IMG/VR virus record: IMGVR_UViG_3300028653_000011
Strand: one strand, 5' to 3'
Length of the DNA stretch: 64,000 nucleotides
DNA from: a virus
Lineage: Duplodnaviria > Heunggongvirae > Uroviricota > Caudoviricetes
The position numbers and the translations under genes are program-made. The notes beneath the pieces are model-generated. The model was given only the letters and a program-made list of their open reading frames with translations, made no database searches and was not told the origin of the DNA. Below, piece after piece: positions 1 through 9,407 of the stretch; positions within the stretch are counted from its first letter, which is position 1, and each line of letters opens with the position of its first letter.

Positions 1-255
1 TTGTCGGTGCAGCACCAGGCGACGATCGACGCAGATCAACAGAAGTTTGCCCTTGATGCCGCGGCGACGACGTGCACCACTGACAAGAGCATCTTTAGCG
101 CGCAATTGACCGACGCACAGAAGCAGAACTTGATCCTGCAGGACGAGCTGAAACGTGAGTCATCGGGCCCAGGCGCGGGCACGTGGATCGGTCTCGGCGT
201 CGTCGGTGGCATCGTCTTGACGGTAGTGACCGCGTTTGCCGTGGGTAAGCTCTGA
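1..255 (+). CDS. 3' end of a CDS entering from upstream; C-terminal hydrophobic anchor
   Basis: Open frame from window edge to the stop at 253-255. C-terminal TM-like stretch GLGVVGGIVLTVVTAFAVG. Confidence 0.4.
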   Translation: MSVQHQATIDADQQKFALDAAATTCTTDKSIFSAQLTDAQKQNLILQDELKRESSGPGAGTWIGLGVVGGIVLTVVTAFAVGKL

Positions 256-289
256 CCAGCGACCTATTTACGTTGGTGAGGTCGTGCTC

Positions 290-661
290 ATGGCAAACTT
301 GTGGATCAAGGATCAGAACGGCGATCCCAGCGTCATTGTGACACTGGTCGCGGTGTCGTTTGTGGCGGTGACAGTGGGCTACGTGATGTCGCTGTTCGAT
401 CGCATCGGCACCGTGTCAATCAGGCCCTTCGACGTCGCGGCGTGTGGTGCTTATTTCGGGAGCGTGATGGCCGCCTTCGTGGGCCACCATTGGGTGACGA
501 CCAAGTACGTCAATGGTCAAGTCGTCACCGATGATTCGTCGGCGACCGTCACCACGACCCAATCAGGCAGCGGTAACACCGTCACCGCGACGACTGATGC
601 AACGTCGACGACCACGACGATGCCAGTGGTGCCAGGAACGAACCCCGGGGTCACGACATGA
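290..661 (+). CDS. hypothetical membrane protein (2 predicted TM helices, Ser/Thr-rich tail)
   Basis: ATG at 290 in frame with track ORF 236-661. Hydrophobic segments, T/S-rich C-terminus. ATGA overlap with the next gene. Confidence 0.4.
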   Translation: MANLWIKDQNGDPSVIVTLVAVSFVAVTVGYVMSLFDRIGTVSIRPFDVAACGAYFGSVMAAFVGHHWVTTKYVNGQVVTDDSSATVTTTQSGSGNTVTATTDATSTTTTMPVVPGTNPGVTT

Positions 662-1878
662 CGACCATTGTCACCGACGATGCCCTCCGCGAGATGGTGC
701 GCGAGGCGCTCTCCAACACGGGCTGGAGCAATGAGGACGCGGGCACTGCCAACGTCAACCCCGTCGTCGATCCGTCGAAGGCCGTCACCGACCCCGTCAA
801 CCCCAACTTCACGCCCCAGACCAAGACCGAGTTCGGCGTGGCGATCAATCAGCTAGTCAGGAACCTACCCGACACCGAGATGCCCGACCTGTATGGCGTC
901 GTCAAGAAGACGCTAGACCAGCGGACTGAAAAAGAAGAGGAACAAGCGATGGACAAGAAGGCAGTGCAAGGCGGTTCTCAAGAAGCGATCGATGACGCGA
1001 AGAAGAAGCAAGCTGAGGCGGTGATCCGCAAGGCCGTCCGCAAGGCGCTGGCTGAGGCACCCCTGCCCCCGGTCAAGAAGATCCCGATCGGTGTCCACGG
1101 CAAGGAATTCAACGATCGGGTCGAGAAGACGAAGGCCGGCCTCAAGAAGTCGTTGGGCACCGCGGCGGCTGAACTCGATAAGCCTGATCAAGAAGAACTT
1201 GATGCTGTTGCCGATGGCGGTAATGCACCTAAAGGGCGCAACAAGGCATACAAGCCCGGCGCGTTGGGGGGCATGCAGGACGTCGGCGGTCAGTCGTTTG
1301 AGGCCATTGCCAAGGAAGTGGGCATGTCGGTCGCCGGTGCCAAGCAGCTCGTCGACAAGTCACTGGAGAAGTTGAAGTGGCTGCACCGCCTGCCCGAAGA
1401 CGACCGTGACATCCTGATCCTCACCACCGCCAACGACTACATCAAGACGCTGGCGCAATCGGGCGAGCTGACGGCGCCCGACATTCAACTGATGAAGGAT
1501 CACCCGACGATCGTCACCGAGCTCGACGGTTTCCGCGAGTACCTGCACGACGTCATCACCAAGGCACGCAAGCCCGGCAAGAAAATCAACGCCTTCGGCG
1601 AGGGGACGGAGGCCGACGAGGTCAACCAGCTCAACGAGTCCGCCAAACGCTTGGTCACCACGTTGACCGAGGTCATCGGCAACCACGCCGTGGTGCAGGC
1701 CGACATGCGAGGCCCCTACATCGTCATCGAGGGCCGCGAAGCCCGCCCGCGTGATCCCAACAAGACGCAGTACGCCGCGGGCACCAAGGTGCGAGTGCAC
1801 CAGCGGGCCAGCAAGGGCGTGTCATTGGTGGAGATGCCCAACGGGGAACAGTGGACATTGAAGGGCATGAAGGGCTAA
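658..1878 (+). CDS. hypothetical protein with leader-family N-terminus and a sigma-70 region-4-like HTH
   Basis: N-terminal DDALREMVREAL. Internal SFEAIAKEVGMSVAGAKQLVDKSLEKLKWL aligns to the sigma70 region 4.2 HTH. 406 aa. Confidence 0.55.
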   Translation: MTTIVTDDALREMVREALSNTGWSNEDAGTANVNPVVDPSKAVTDPVNPNFTPQTKTEFGVAINQLVRNLPDTEMPDLYGVVKKTLDQRTEKEEEQAMDKKAVQGGSQEAIDDAKKKQAEAVIRKAVRKALAEAPLPPVKKIPIGVHGKEFNDRVEKTKAGLKKSLGTAAAELDKPDQEELDAVADGGNAPKGRNKAYKPGALGGMQDVGGQSFEAIAKEVGMSVAGAKQLVDKSLEKLKWLHRLPEDDRDILILTTANDYIKTLAQSGELTAPDIQLMKDHPTIVTELDGFREYLHDVITKARKPGKKINAFGEGTEADEVNQLNESAKRLVTTLTEVIGNHAVVQADMRGPYIVIEGREARPRDPNKTQYAAGTKVRVHQRASKGVSLVEMPNGEQWTLKGMKG

Positions 1879-1884
1879 ACGTCG

Positions 1885-2664
1885 ATGGACGGCATCACCA
1901 CATACGTGCCCAAGACGCAGGTCGTCGCCGCGGTACAATACGAGGTGCGCCTGATGCAGCCTCGCGCCAACATCGAGGTCGCCAAGCAACTGTGCTATGA
2001 AGCGGCAGCGAAAGGCGCCAAGCTCATCGTGCTGCCCGAGCTGTGCATCGGTGGGGCGGTGCTGAGGTCGACCGACGAGGCTTTCAAGGTATGCCAAGAG
2101 GCCGACGGGTGGCAGACGCAGGCCTTCGTGCCCATTGCCCAACGATTCAACGCCCACATTGTCTTCGGCTACACCCAGTGGTGTGAGGGCAAGTTCTACA
2201 ACTCGGCGGCGATGGTAGGACCGACAGGGTTGGTGGGTAACTGGCAGAAGCACAATCTTTTCGGCGGGGATAATTTGTGGGCGCAGCCAAGCGAACAAAC
2301 ACCACCCATCGTGCTGACCCCCGCGGGGCGCGTCGGTGTGCTGATCTGCCGTGACATCAGCAATCGCATGCGCGAGAGCTACGTCTTTCACCAACCCGGC
2401 CAGCGTTTCTACAAGCCCGGTCAGGTCGACGTCATTGCGTGCCCGGTCAATTGGGGCAGCGCCTTCTCATATCCCGCCAGTGAGTGGGTCGAGTTGGTCG
2501 AGCAGACGCGTGCCAACGTCATCGTCAGCAATCGGGTGGGCGAGGAACGCGACATGAGTTACAAGGGAGGCTCGGCGATCATTGACCGTGACCGCCGCAT
2601 CTGGACCAATGGCTCCAGTTTCACAGAAGCTGCCGTCGTGGGCGGCGTGGTGGTGTTGGGATAA
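1885..2664 (+). CDS. carbon-nitrogen hydrolase (nitrilase superfamily)
   Basis: Glu-Lys-Cys triad context (LIVLPE ... GVLICRDI). Typical CN-hydrolase length and motifs. Confidence 0.75.
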   Translation: MDGITTYVPKTQVVAAVQYEVRLMQPRANIEVAKQLCYEAAAKGAKLIVLPELCIGGAVLRSTDEAFKVCQEADGWQTQAFVPIAQRFNAHIVFGYTQWCEGKFYNSAAMVGPTGLVGNWQKHNLFGGDNLWAQPSEQTPPIVLTPAGRVGVLICRDISNRMRESYVFHQPGQRFYKPGQVDVIACPVNWGSAFSYPASEWVELVEQTRANVIVSNRVGEERDMSYKGGSAIIDRDRRIWTNGSSFTEAAVVGGVVVLG

Positions 2665-2720
2665 TGTCTGGCGCCTGAGCGGGTTGATTAAGCCCAGTCA
2701 GGCCGTCAATTGATCACCGC

Positions 2721-3179
2721 TTACCGAATGTGGACTTCTAGCCCCTGAGGGCCTTGGTGTTCTTGTGAGTGCTGACGATCCTGCTCTTGGCGCTCTTTGT
2801 CCTGTCGCTCTTTGTTCTGTTGCTCTTGCCTCTGTTGCTCCTGAAAATTACGGTCTTGTTGGTCACGTTCTTCGTGCTTGCGCGCCTCTTCTTGTTTCTG
2901 CTTGTCTTCTTGCACACGCTGCTGGCGAAGGCGCTCTGCCTGATTCGCTTGTTCCTGACGTTGCAGCGCTTGCTGAGCGCTGTTCTGTCGCTGTTGTTCC
3001 TGCTGAATCTGAAACTGACGATCGCGCTCGGTGTTGTCAACAACAACGGGCGGGGCTGCGGGCACGAACACCTGTTGTGGCGCCGGCACGGGTTCTGGCG
3101 TGGACTGAACGGGTGCTTGGCAACCGATTGCCACCGTCGACGCGGCGAGTAGTGAGAATAGAATTGACTTGAATTGCAT
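2721..3179 (-). CDS. Q/E/R-rich low-complexity lipoprotein
   Basis: Signal peptide plus lipobox (LLAASTVAIGC), followed by a QQEQQRQ coiled low-complexity region. Convergent with upstream gene. Confidence 0.45.
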   Translation of the reverse strand: MQFKSILFSLLAASTVAIGCQAPVQSTPEPVPAPQQVFVPAAPPVVVDNTERDRQFQIQQEQQRQNSAQQALQRQEQANQAERLRQQRVQEDKQKQEEARKHEERDQQDRNFQEQQRQEQQNKERQDKERQEQDRQHSQEHQGPQGLEVHIR

Positions 3180-3310
3180 GGTATTTCTCCATCGAATACT
3201 TAACTAAGTCAGTGCAATTGTTGTCCACTAATTCGCGATGAATTCTCAATCCGAGCATGTTGAAAGTTCGCGGAATCCTGACAGCGTACCACCCACGACC
3301 TACTTAGATC

Positions 3311-3721
3311 ATGAGCCAGCTGTCTCGCCTTCACGAGAACTTCATTGCCCAGTCCGAGCGACCCATGGACTTCGGTCGGTTACCCATCACTGCGCAGCAG
3401 GCCCAGTCCCCCGTGGTGCCCATGGATCGGTGGCAGGCGATCGACGGTGCCCTGCACAAGACGTACCGCTTTCGGGAATCCGAGCACCGCAACGAGTTCA
3501 TCGTCTCGTGGTTGGCCTACGAGCACCAGACGCAGCACCACGCCCGTTTGACCCTCGACGAGGGTGAGGTCAGCCTCCGCCTCCAGACCCGCGACACCCA
3601 GCGCATCACTGAACTCGATAAGGAAGCGGCTCGCTATGCCGACGTGTTGTACAAGGACCTCGTCTCGCGCCCAACTACGGTGACGTCGTCGGGTGATGAC
3701 CAAGACGCTGACACGTTGTAG
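3311..3721 (+). CDS. pterin-4a-carbinolamine dehydratase (PCD/DCoH)-like protein
   Basis: W..IDGAL.KTYRF ... EHQTQHHA ... VSLRLQTRD pattern matches the PCD fold signature (HHP replaced by HHA). Confidence 0.5.
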   Translation: MSQLSRLHENFIAQSERPMDFGRLPITAQQAQSPVVPMDRWQAIDGALHKTYRFRESEHRNEFIVSWLAYEHQTQHHARLTLDEGEVSLRLQTRDTQRITELDKEAARYADVLYKDLVSRPTTVTSSGDDQDADTL

Positions 3722-3730
3722 GATCGTGCT

Positions 3731-4150
3731 ATGGAGCTCAAGGCACAGTCACCCACGCTGATGATGAGCGAGGCCCTGAAGGGTCGCCTGACCGACGATG
3801 ACGGGGTCGTGGGTGAGGATACACCACCCGTCCTTGCGGTGACCGTCGTTGCCGTCATCAAGGTGGGTGACAAGCAGACGGCGATCGTGGGCCTGCTGAG
3901 GAGCGCGCTGTTCGACACGGACACGCCAGAGCTGGAGTTCAAGGTGCAGCTCTCCGATGCCCTCGACTTCGTCGCCGCCAAGTCGTTGTTGTTTCAAGGC
4001 TTTGAGCTGCACCACGGCGCCACCTGCGCCGTCGCTGTTGAAGGCCCCTTCATCGTCAAGGGTGCCCGGATCGATGACATCAACGTTGTTGAACAATTGT
4101 GCGTGCTGTGTTTGGGCCTCGAACGCACGATTCGCACCGTGACCGCCTAG
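3731..4150 (+). CDS. hypothetical protein
   Basis: 139-aa ORF in a co-directional run. No recognisable domain. Confidence 0.35.
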   Translation: MELKAQSPTLMMSEALKGRLTDDDGVVGEDTPPVLAVTVVAVIKVGDKQTAIVGLLRSALFDTDTPELEFKVQLSDALDFVAAKSLLFQGFELHHGATCAVAVEGPFIVKGARIDDINVVEQLCVLCLGLERTIRTVTA

Positions 4151-4159
4151 TTATTTGCC

Positions 4160-5230
4160 ATGAGTGGCATGGTACCTCGCACGGGTGAAGAGACGCTGAT
4201 CGACATGTCGACGACGGAAGATGACTGCATGGACAGCATGGACCTACAATCAATTGTCGATCGAAACATGGACATTGCCGTCCGGGACAATGGTTACACC
4301 GAGCTTGCCAGCATGTCTCCCGAAAACGCTGCCATTGACTTGTGTACCTATTCACAAGAACTTGAAAACTTTGACATCGACGACGTTGCAGCTTGTGTTA
4401 GTGTCTGGCGAGCGAGTCACAAGCAACTTGAGGATGCCAACCCGCCCATCGACATGTCGATGACGGAAGAGGATGATATAGACACCGAACGCTACGAAGC
4501 GACCGTCACCGTCGCTAAACCCGACGAGGCAGTGAAGAGCGCCAAGCAGTGGAACCTGCGGGCGACGCAAGCGACGGTGGGTCATTCACACGACGTCACC
4601 TTTGAAGGCAACTACGGCGACCTGATGAACTTTATGACGGCATATCTATCGATGTCGAGTGCCGACGCCGATACCTACGTGGATCGGGTACCGGATCGAC
4701 AACAGGAGAGCAGACAGATGACGAAACCGATGAACGAGACGATGGATGATGACATGGACGAAGGCTCTGCCGACGATGAGAAGTCGCCACGTGGTGATGA
4801 GCACGAGTGGCTTGACTTGCCTGACGGCAAGGTCTCACGTGAAGACGACGACGATTTTGCCTCAGGTGGCGGTGCTCTCGCGCCTCACATGAGCGAGACG
4901 ATGGATGACGACGACATGGACGAGGCCGGGCCGCCCCCGCCTCCGTCAACTGCGCCCCCGACGTCAACGCCGCCTCCGACGACCACGCCGCCGACCAAAC
5001 CCTCGTCGACTCCACCACCGTCGAGCACGCCGTCGTCGACCCCACCTACGCCGACCCCTCCCATAAAGACTGAGTCGACAGAGTTCGATCTGTTCATGGA
5101 TCGCATTGTCATCGACGAGGCACGCGTCCGTAAGGTCGATCTCCCGGAGAACAACCCGATGCGGCGCCTGGCCAAGAACTACCAAGAACGACCCATGGGC
5201 CGCACCCGGTTCGTCAAGCGGGGCACGTGA
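4160..5230 (+). CDS. highly acidic hypothetical protein with Pro/Thr/Ser-rich linker
   Basis: Repeated MDDDMDE / DMSMTEEDD motifs and a PPPPSTAPPTSTPPPTTTPPTKPSSTPPPSSTPSSTPPTPTPP tract. Confidence 0.5.
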   Translation: MSGMVPRTGEETLIDMSTTEDDCMDSMDLQSIVDRNMDIAVRDNGYTELASMSPENAAIDLCTYSQELENFDIDDVAACVSVWRASHKQLEDANPPIDMSMTEEDDIDTERYEATVTVAKPDEAVKSAKQWNLRATQATVGHSHDVTFEGNYGDLMNFMTAYLSMSSADADTYVDRVPDRQQESRQMTKPMNETMDDDMDEGSADDEKSPRGDEHEWLDLPDGKVSREDDDDFASGGGALAPHMSETMDDDDMDEAGPPPPPSTAPPTSTPPPTTTPPTKPSSTPPPSSTPSSTPPTPTPPIKTESTEFDLFMDRIVIDEARVRKVDLPENNPMRRLAKNYQERPMGRTRFVKRGT

Positions 5231-5919
5231 TGACAAAGCACGTCAAGTTGACCGACGCCAAGTCGCTGTTCGCCTACATTGACAACGTCTTCGCCGAGGG
5301 CATCAAGAGCACCCTGCACCAGAAGGCGTTGGCCGAGAAGGACAAGCAGGGCACGGGCGGGGGTTCAACCAACGCCAACGATGACCTGTTCGGTGCGGGC
5401 AGTGGTGGCGATGATCAGGGCGGCAGCGATCAAGGCACCGACGACCACACCGACAAACCCAGTTCATCGAAGACGATGGACGACGAGAACAGCAAGCTGA
5501 AGGACGCCGACGTCGAGCCCAAGGACATCGTCGACAAGCTGAACTCGATCAGGAGCGGCAAGTCGTTCAAGGACAGCGCCGTCAAAGGGGCGATGGACGA
5601 GTGGATCAACAGCCTGTCGAAGACTGAGCGCGTTGCGCTGTTCGCCTTCGTCCGCGGCATCGCCCAGATCGTCACCGGTGAAGTGCCCGCCAAGCAGGCT
5701 GAGGAGCCCGGCAAGCACCCGGCCGACATCAAGATGGACAAGACCAACGAACCACACACTAAGGAAGTGCGTCCCAATGTTATTAAGGGTGCTGGGGGCG
5801 ACAAGCCCGCAGGCAGCAAGCACTCGGGCGCCACGAGCCCACAGAAAAAATCGCACGGCACCGATGAGGAGAACACCGACGCGCCGATCAGCGCACCAAT
5901 TCAGGCGAAGCGGCGTTGA
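5227..5919 (+). CDS. acidic hypothetical protein
   Basis: ATGA overlap with the upstream gene. 230 aa, D/G/K-rich. Confidence 0.5.
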   Translation: MMTKHVKLTDAKSLFAYIDNVFAEGIKSTLHQKALAEKDKQGTGGGSTNANDDLFGAGSGGDDQGGSDQGTDDHTDKPSSSKTMDDENSKLKDADVEPKDIVDKLNSIRSGKSFKDSAVKGAMDEWINSLSKTERVALFAFVRGIAQIVTGEVPAKQAEEPGKHPADIKMDKTNEPHTKEVRPNVIKGAGGDKPAGSKHSGATSPQKKSHGTDEENTDAPISAPIQAKRR

Positions 5920-5950
5920 CCACACAACGTGGATGGTATAAGATTAGCGC

Positions 5951-6265
5951 ATGACTGACCCGCAATTCGTCGACATCCGCTACATCCCGCTGCCCATGGG
6001 CGGCACCCTCGAAGTCAAGGTGACGCAGCCGTTTCTCGATCGCCTGCGCGCCCACTTTGGGCTACTGGCACAACAACCCGTGGATGATGATCAGATCAGG
6101 ATGTACTTATACGGTGCAATGGACACGGCCGTCACCAAGGCCGAAGCTGAGGTCAACAAGGATGTCGTCGAACCCAAGCGAAGCAAGAAGAAGGCAAAGC
6201 GAGTCAAGGCGCCTGCTAAGGACGCTGGTAAACCTCGTGGTCGAAAGACGCGTAAGGGAAGCTGA
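5951..6265 (+). CDS. hypothetical protein with basic AT-hook-like C-terminal tail
   Basis: C-terminus KKKAKRVKAPAKDAGKPRGRKTRKGS. Confidence 0.45.
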   Translation: MTDPQFVDIRYIPLPMGGTLEVKVTQPFLDRLRAHFGLLAQQPVDDDQIRMYLYGAMDTAVTKAEAEVNKDVVEPKRSKKKAKRVKAPAKDAGKPRGRKTRKGS

Positions 6266-6266
6266 C

Positions 6267-6464
6267 GTGTCAGACGGCTCGCGGGTGCCCCACGGCTCCA
6301 GCAAGCACGTCAAAGATCTGGAGACGCGGATCAGGTCGCTGACCACGTGGCGAGACCGACAGAAGCGTGGGTCGGAAGCGCGTGCCAACTATAGTCGCCT
6401 CATTCAACGCCTGAAGGGTGAACTTGCCAGCGCTAAACGCGCGTCGGCGAAGAAGGACGACTGA
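6267..6464 (+). CDS. small basic coiled-coil protein (GTG start)
   Basis: GTG at 6267 two nt after the upstream stop, preceded by AAGGGAAG. 65 aa, R/K-rich. Confidence 0.3.
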   Translation: MSDGSRVPHGSSKHVKDLETRIRSLTTWRDRQKRGSEARANYSRLIQRLKGELASAKRASAKKDD

Positions 6465-6466
6465 AC

Positions 6467-7735
6467 GTGGGAGGTGCGAGCGGGCATCTTCGACATTTGC
6501 ACGACAACCTCGACCTGACGTTCGGGGAGTTGAAGGATGTGTTGTCGTCGGCGGCCGATGGCAAGCTCGAGCGCACCAGTGAAAAACTCGACGGGATCAA
6601 CCTAGTCTTCACGTGGGCGGGTGATCAACTGAAAGTAGCCCGCTCGGGCGGTGACATCAAGAGCGGCGGCATGGACGCTGTAGGTCTGGCGACCAAGTTT
6701 CAGGGGCGCGGCAACCTGGCCGACGCCTTCAACGGTGCCTTCAAGGTGCTCCGCGACGCGGTGGGCTCGCTGAGCGACGCCGTCCGAGCCAAGGTCTTCA
6801 ACGACGGCCGCACCTGGTACTCGATTGAGGTCATCTACTCCAAGAATCCCAACGTCATCAACTATGACGCCAACTACGTTGTCTTCCACGCCAGTCCCGT
6901 CTTCCACGTCTCACGCGCCGGCGAGGTCAAGAAGCTCGACTCTGCTCCCGGCGTGGCCTTGTTGGAGAAGCACGTCGACAACATGCAGCGTGCCCTGACG
7001 CAGCGTAGTTGGCAGGTCAGGGGCCCGGCTCTGGTTCGCCTCAAGAAGCTGAGCGACGGCAACGCCGTCAAACGTGCCTTCACCATGATCGGTCAGGCAC
7101 AGTCGATCGCCGGAGTGGGTGACGATGATACCCTCGGCGATTACCTCGCGGCGCGGATGACTGATGAAGTCGCGGGGCTCGACCTGCCACCCAAGGTCGC
7201 CAAAGCGGTGACGGCTCGGGCGGTGGGCAACCCGGGCGCACCGTCGTTGCTCAACCTGAAGAAGCTCGTCTCGCCCGACCAATATGCCGCCGTCAATCAC
7301 TTTGTCAAGGCATCGCCGGGCCTGCTGAAGAAGTTCATTGAGCCCATCGAGCGTGCCGTCCATGAGTTTGCGATTGAGGCCCTGCGTGGCATGCACTCCA
7401 CGCTCATCGGCAACAACGACGCCGAGGTGCAGCGCCTGCGGGGTGAGGTCGCCCGGGCCGTCAAGGCGATTGAAGCCAGCGGCGACGCCACGGCGATGGA
7501 CGTGTTGCAGAAGCAGATGACGAAGTTGGGTAGCATCGAGAATGTCAGCAGCGCGATGGAGGGCGTTGTCTTCACGTGGAAGGGCAACTCATATAAGTTC
7601 ACGGGTGGGTTTGCGCCTGCCAACCAGATCCTCGGCCTGTTCAAGTACGGGCGCAAGGGCGTAAAGATCCCCGTTCAAGAGGCCTATTTAAGGCACGCGG
7701 TCGCTCGGTTGGTCGCCAATGGGAGACACAGATGA
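6467..7735 (+). CDS. hypothetical protein (possible nucleotidyltransferase/ligase-like motifs)
   Basis: 422 aa. N-terminal EKLDGINLVF (KxDGxN-like) and C-terminal EGVVFTWKG...KFTGG resemble ligase motifs I and IV/V, but the spacing is atypical. Confidence 0.5.
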   Translation: MGGASGHLRHLHDNLDLTFGELKDVLSSAADGKLERTSEKLDGINLVFTWAGDQLKVARSGGDIKSGGMDAVGLATKFQGRGNLADAFNGAFKVLRDAVGSLSDAVRAKVFNDGRTWYSIEVIYSKNPNVINYDANYVVFHASPVFHVSRAGEVKKLDSAPGVALLEKHVDNMQRALTQRSWQVRGPALVRLKKLSDGNAVKRAFTMIGQAQSIAGVGDDDTLGDYLAARMTDEVAGLDLPPKVAKAVTARAVGNPGAPSLLNLKKLVSPDQYAAVNHFVKASPGLLKKFIEPIERAVHEFAIEALRGMHSTLIGNNDAEVQRLRGEVARAVKAIEASGDATAMDVLQKQMTKLGSIENVSSAMEGVVFTWKGNSYKFTGGFAPANQILGLFKYGRKGVKIPVQEAYLRHAVARLVANGRHR

Positions 7736-8541
7736 GGGTTAGGTTGGGCTTGTTGAGAGAGCAGATACGCGCCATTCTGACGGAGTCGCCCGCCTCAAAC
7801 GCATTTGAGAAGCACGTTGCATCAGCCGTAAAGGCCGCCCTTTCTGGGACAGGTGCCAAGATTGAACACGCTGGCTCTTCTGAGTACTCTGACATCCGCA
7901 TTGACATCCCGGGCATTGGGTCATCATTCCTCGAAGTGAAGCTGACGTCAGGTGACAACCTTGGCAACCCACGCCTGCAATACGATGGTAATCAGTGGAT
8001 CGTTGCCGGCGACAGTGGTTCGCCGCTGGCAGCCTATGCAGTAGAGTTCATGAATGAGTCACCCGAAGCGCAGGCCTTCATCAATGACCTCAAGGCGTTC
8101 CTGAAGACTGACACCGTCAGGTTACAAGGCAAGAAGCCCGGGTCGGTAACGTTGCCGCAGATCAAGGCGTTCTTAGCCAAACGACCCAACAAGAACATCG
8201 CTGAGCTTGACAGCGTCGATGCCGCCGCGTTGGCCACACAGCACTATGCCGTCGCCAAGAAGGAACCTGCTCACTACGTACAGGCAGGCGACGACTTCTA
8301 CCTCATGGGTAGTGCAGATCCATTGGACTTGAACCTGGTCAACGATGGGCAGATCCCCGTCCTCAGGGGCATGGGTCGGCTGGCGGTTCGCATTGCCGAT
8401 CGCAGCGCGCGCTATGAGGTACAAGTGTCAGTGAAGATGTGGAAGCACGATCCGAGCCCATTCTCGGCCATGCTGCCGACCTCTAAGGTCAATCCCTTCA
8501 CTGCACTGGCTAAGTCACTGAAGGCCCGCAAGCGCGGCTAA
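7732..8541 (+). CDS. leader-family hypothetical protein
   Basis: ATGA overlap with upstream gene. N-terminal MRVRLGLLREQIRAILTES. Confidence 0.55.
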   Translation: MRVRLGLLREQIRAILTESPASNAFEKHVASAVKAALSGTGAKIEHAGSSEYSDIRIDIPGIGSSFLEVKLTSGDNLGNPRLQYDGNQWIVAGDSGSPLAAYAVEFMNESPEAQAFINDLKAFLKTDTVRLQGKKPGSVTLPQIKAFLAKRPNKNIAELDSVDAAALATQHYAVAKKEPAHYVQAGDDFYLMGSADPLDLNLVNDGQIPVLRGMGRLAVRIADRSARYEVQVSVKMWKHDPSPFSAMLPTSKVNPFTALAKSLKARKRG

Positions 8542-8591
8542 GATCTGTACTTCACCGCACTATGTGGTAGACTGCTCTCGGAGGTGCAATC

Positions 8592-9407
8592 ATGCACTAT
8601 CGAGACACCGTTTGGTACACCAGCGCGGTCATGGACTTGAATGCTGAGATTGAGGACCTTGAGGCCCAAAAGTCGCAGCTAGCCGGCATCAAGTCCAACC
8701 TGCGCACGAAGACACAAAAAAACGTCCTGTTGAGCGTCAAGAATCGCCTGAAGAAGAGGCATAAGTGGGCTCACAAGCTGGAGATGGGTGACCTATCGTA
8801 CTTCAAGGCATACGAGCTAATCAGGATACTGGCGGAGCTTGAAGGTCGGTTGTGGTCACCTGCCGAATGCGCCACGTTGGGAGAACCGCGCGCATTGCAC
8901 GAGGGCCCGGGCGAGAAGGCGATCAAGATGCGGTTGGGTCTAACGCTATCATCGTCTACTGGCAGAGACCTGCCCAATGGCGAGATCAAGTGGCTCGACA
9001 ATGGTAAAGGCTCATTACAGGCGATGCAGGTGTCGCTGTGCGGTCAGAAAGCATGGGGCGCCTTCATCTTTGAACAGGCGGAAGCGGGCCTGTTCAGGGG
9101 TCTTGACCCCACTGTCAGGCAGGCGCTCAAGGACGGTGAAGTGCCCAAAAGGATGATCGACGTGCTACCTCTCAACGTTCACCGTGAGCTATGCATGGCA
9201 GTCTTGCCGGCAAAGGTGCTGGCGGGTTACGGTGACATCTACTGTGCCTTCAATTTCGGTTACATCGTAGTGCCTGCCGATGACCTCAATGCCTGGCGTT
9301 TAACAGGCATCTCCAAGGGCCGACCACGCTATGCACTGAACATTGACTATGTCGTCATTAAGTTGCTGATCTCATCGTCCGAGCAGCAACTTGACGTAGT
9401 GGCGTAG
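8592..9407 (+). CDS. hypothetical protein
   Basis: 271-aa ORF with GGAGG upstream. No domain recognised. Confidence 0.5.
   Translation: MHYRDTVWYTSAVMDLNAEIEDLEAQKSQLAGIKSNLRTKTQKNVLLSVKNRLKKRHKWAHKLEMGDLSYFKAYELIRILAELEGRLWSPAECATLGEPRALHEGPGEKAIKMRLGLTLSSSTGRDLPNGEIKWLDNGKGSLQAMQVSLCGQKAWGAFIFEQAEAGLFRGLDPTVRQALKDGEVPKRMIDVLPLNVHRELCMAVLPAKVLAGYGDIYCAFNFGYIVVPADDLNAWRLTGISKGRPRYALNIDYVVIKLLISSSEQQLDVVA

Noticed and set aside
2765-3172. Plus-strand ORFs 2765-3172 and 2769-3152 overlapping the minus-strand lipoprotein gene
   Set aside because: Their translations are Leu/Ala-rich mirror artefacts of the Q/E-repeat region. The minus-strand frame has a proper signal peptide and lipobox.
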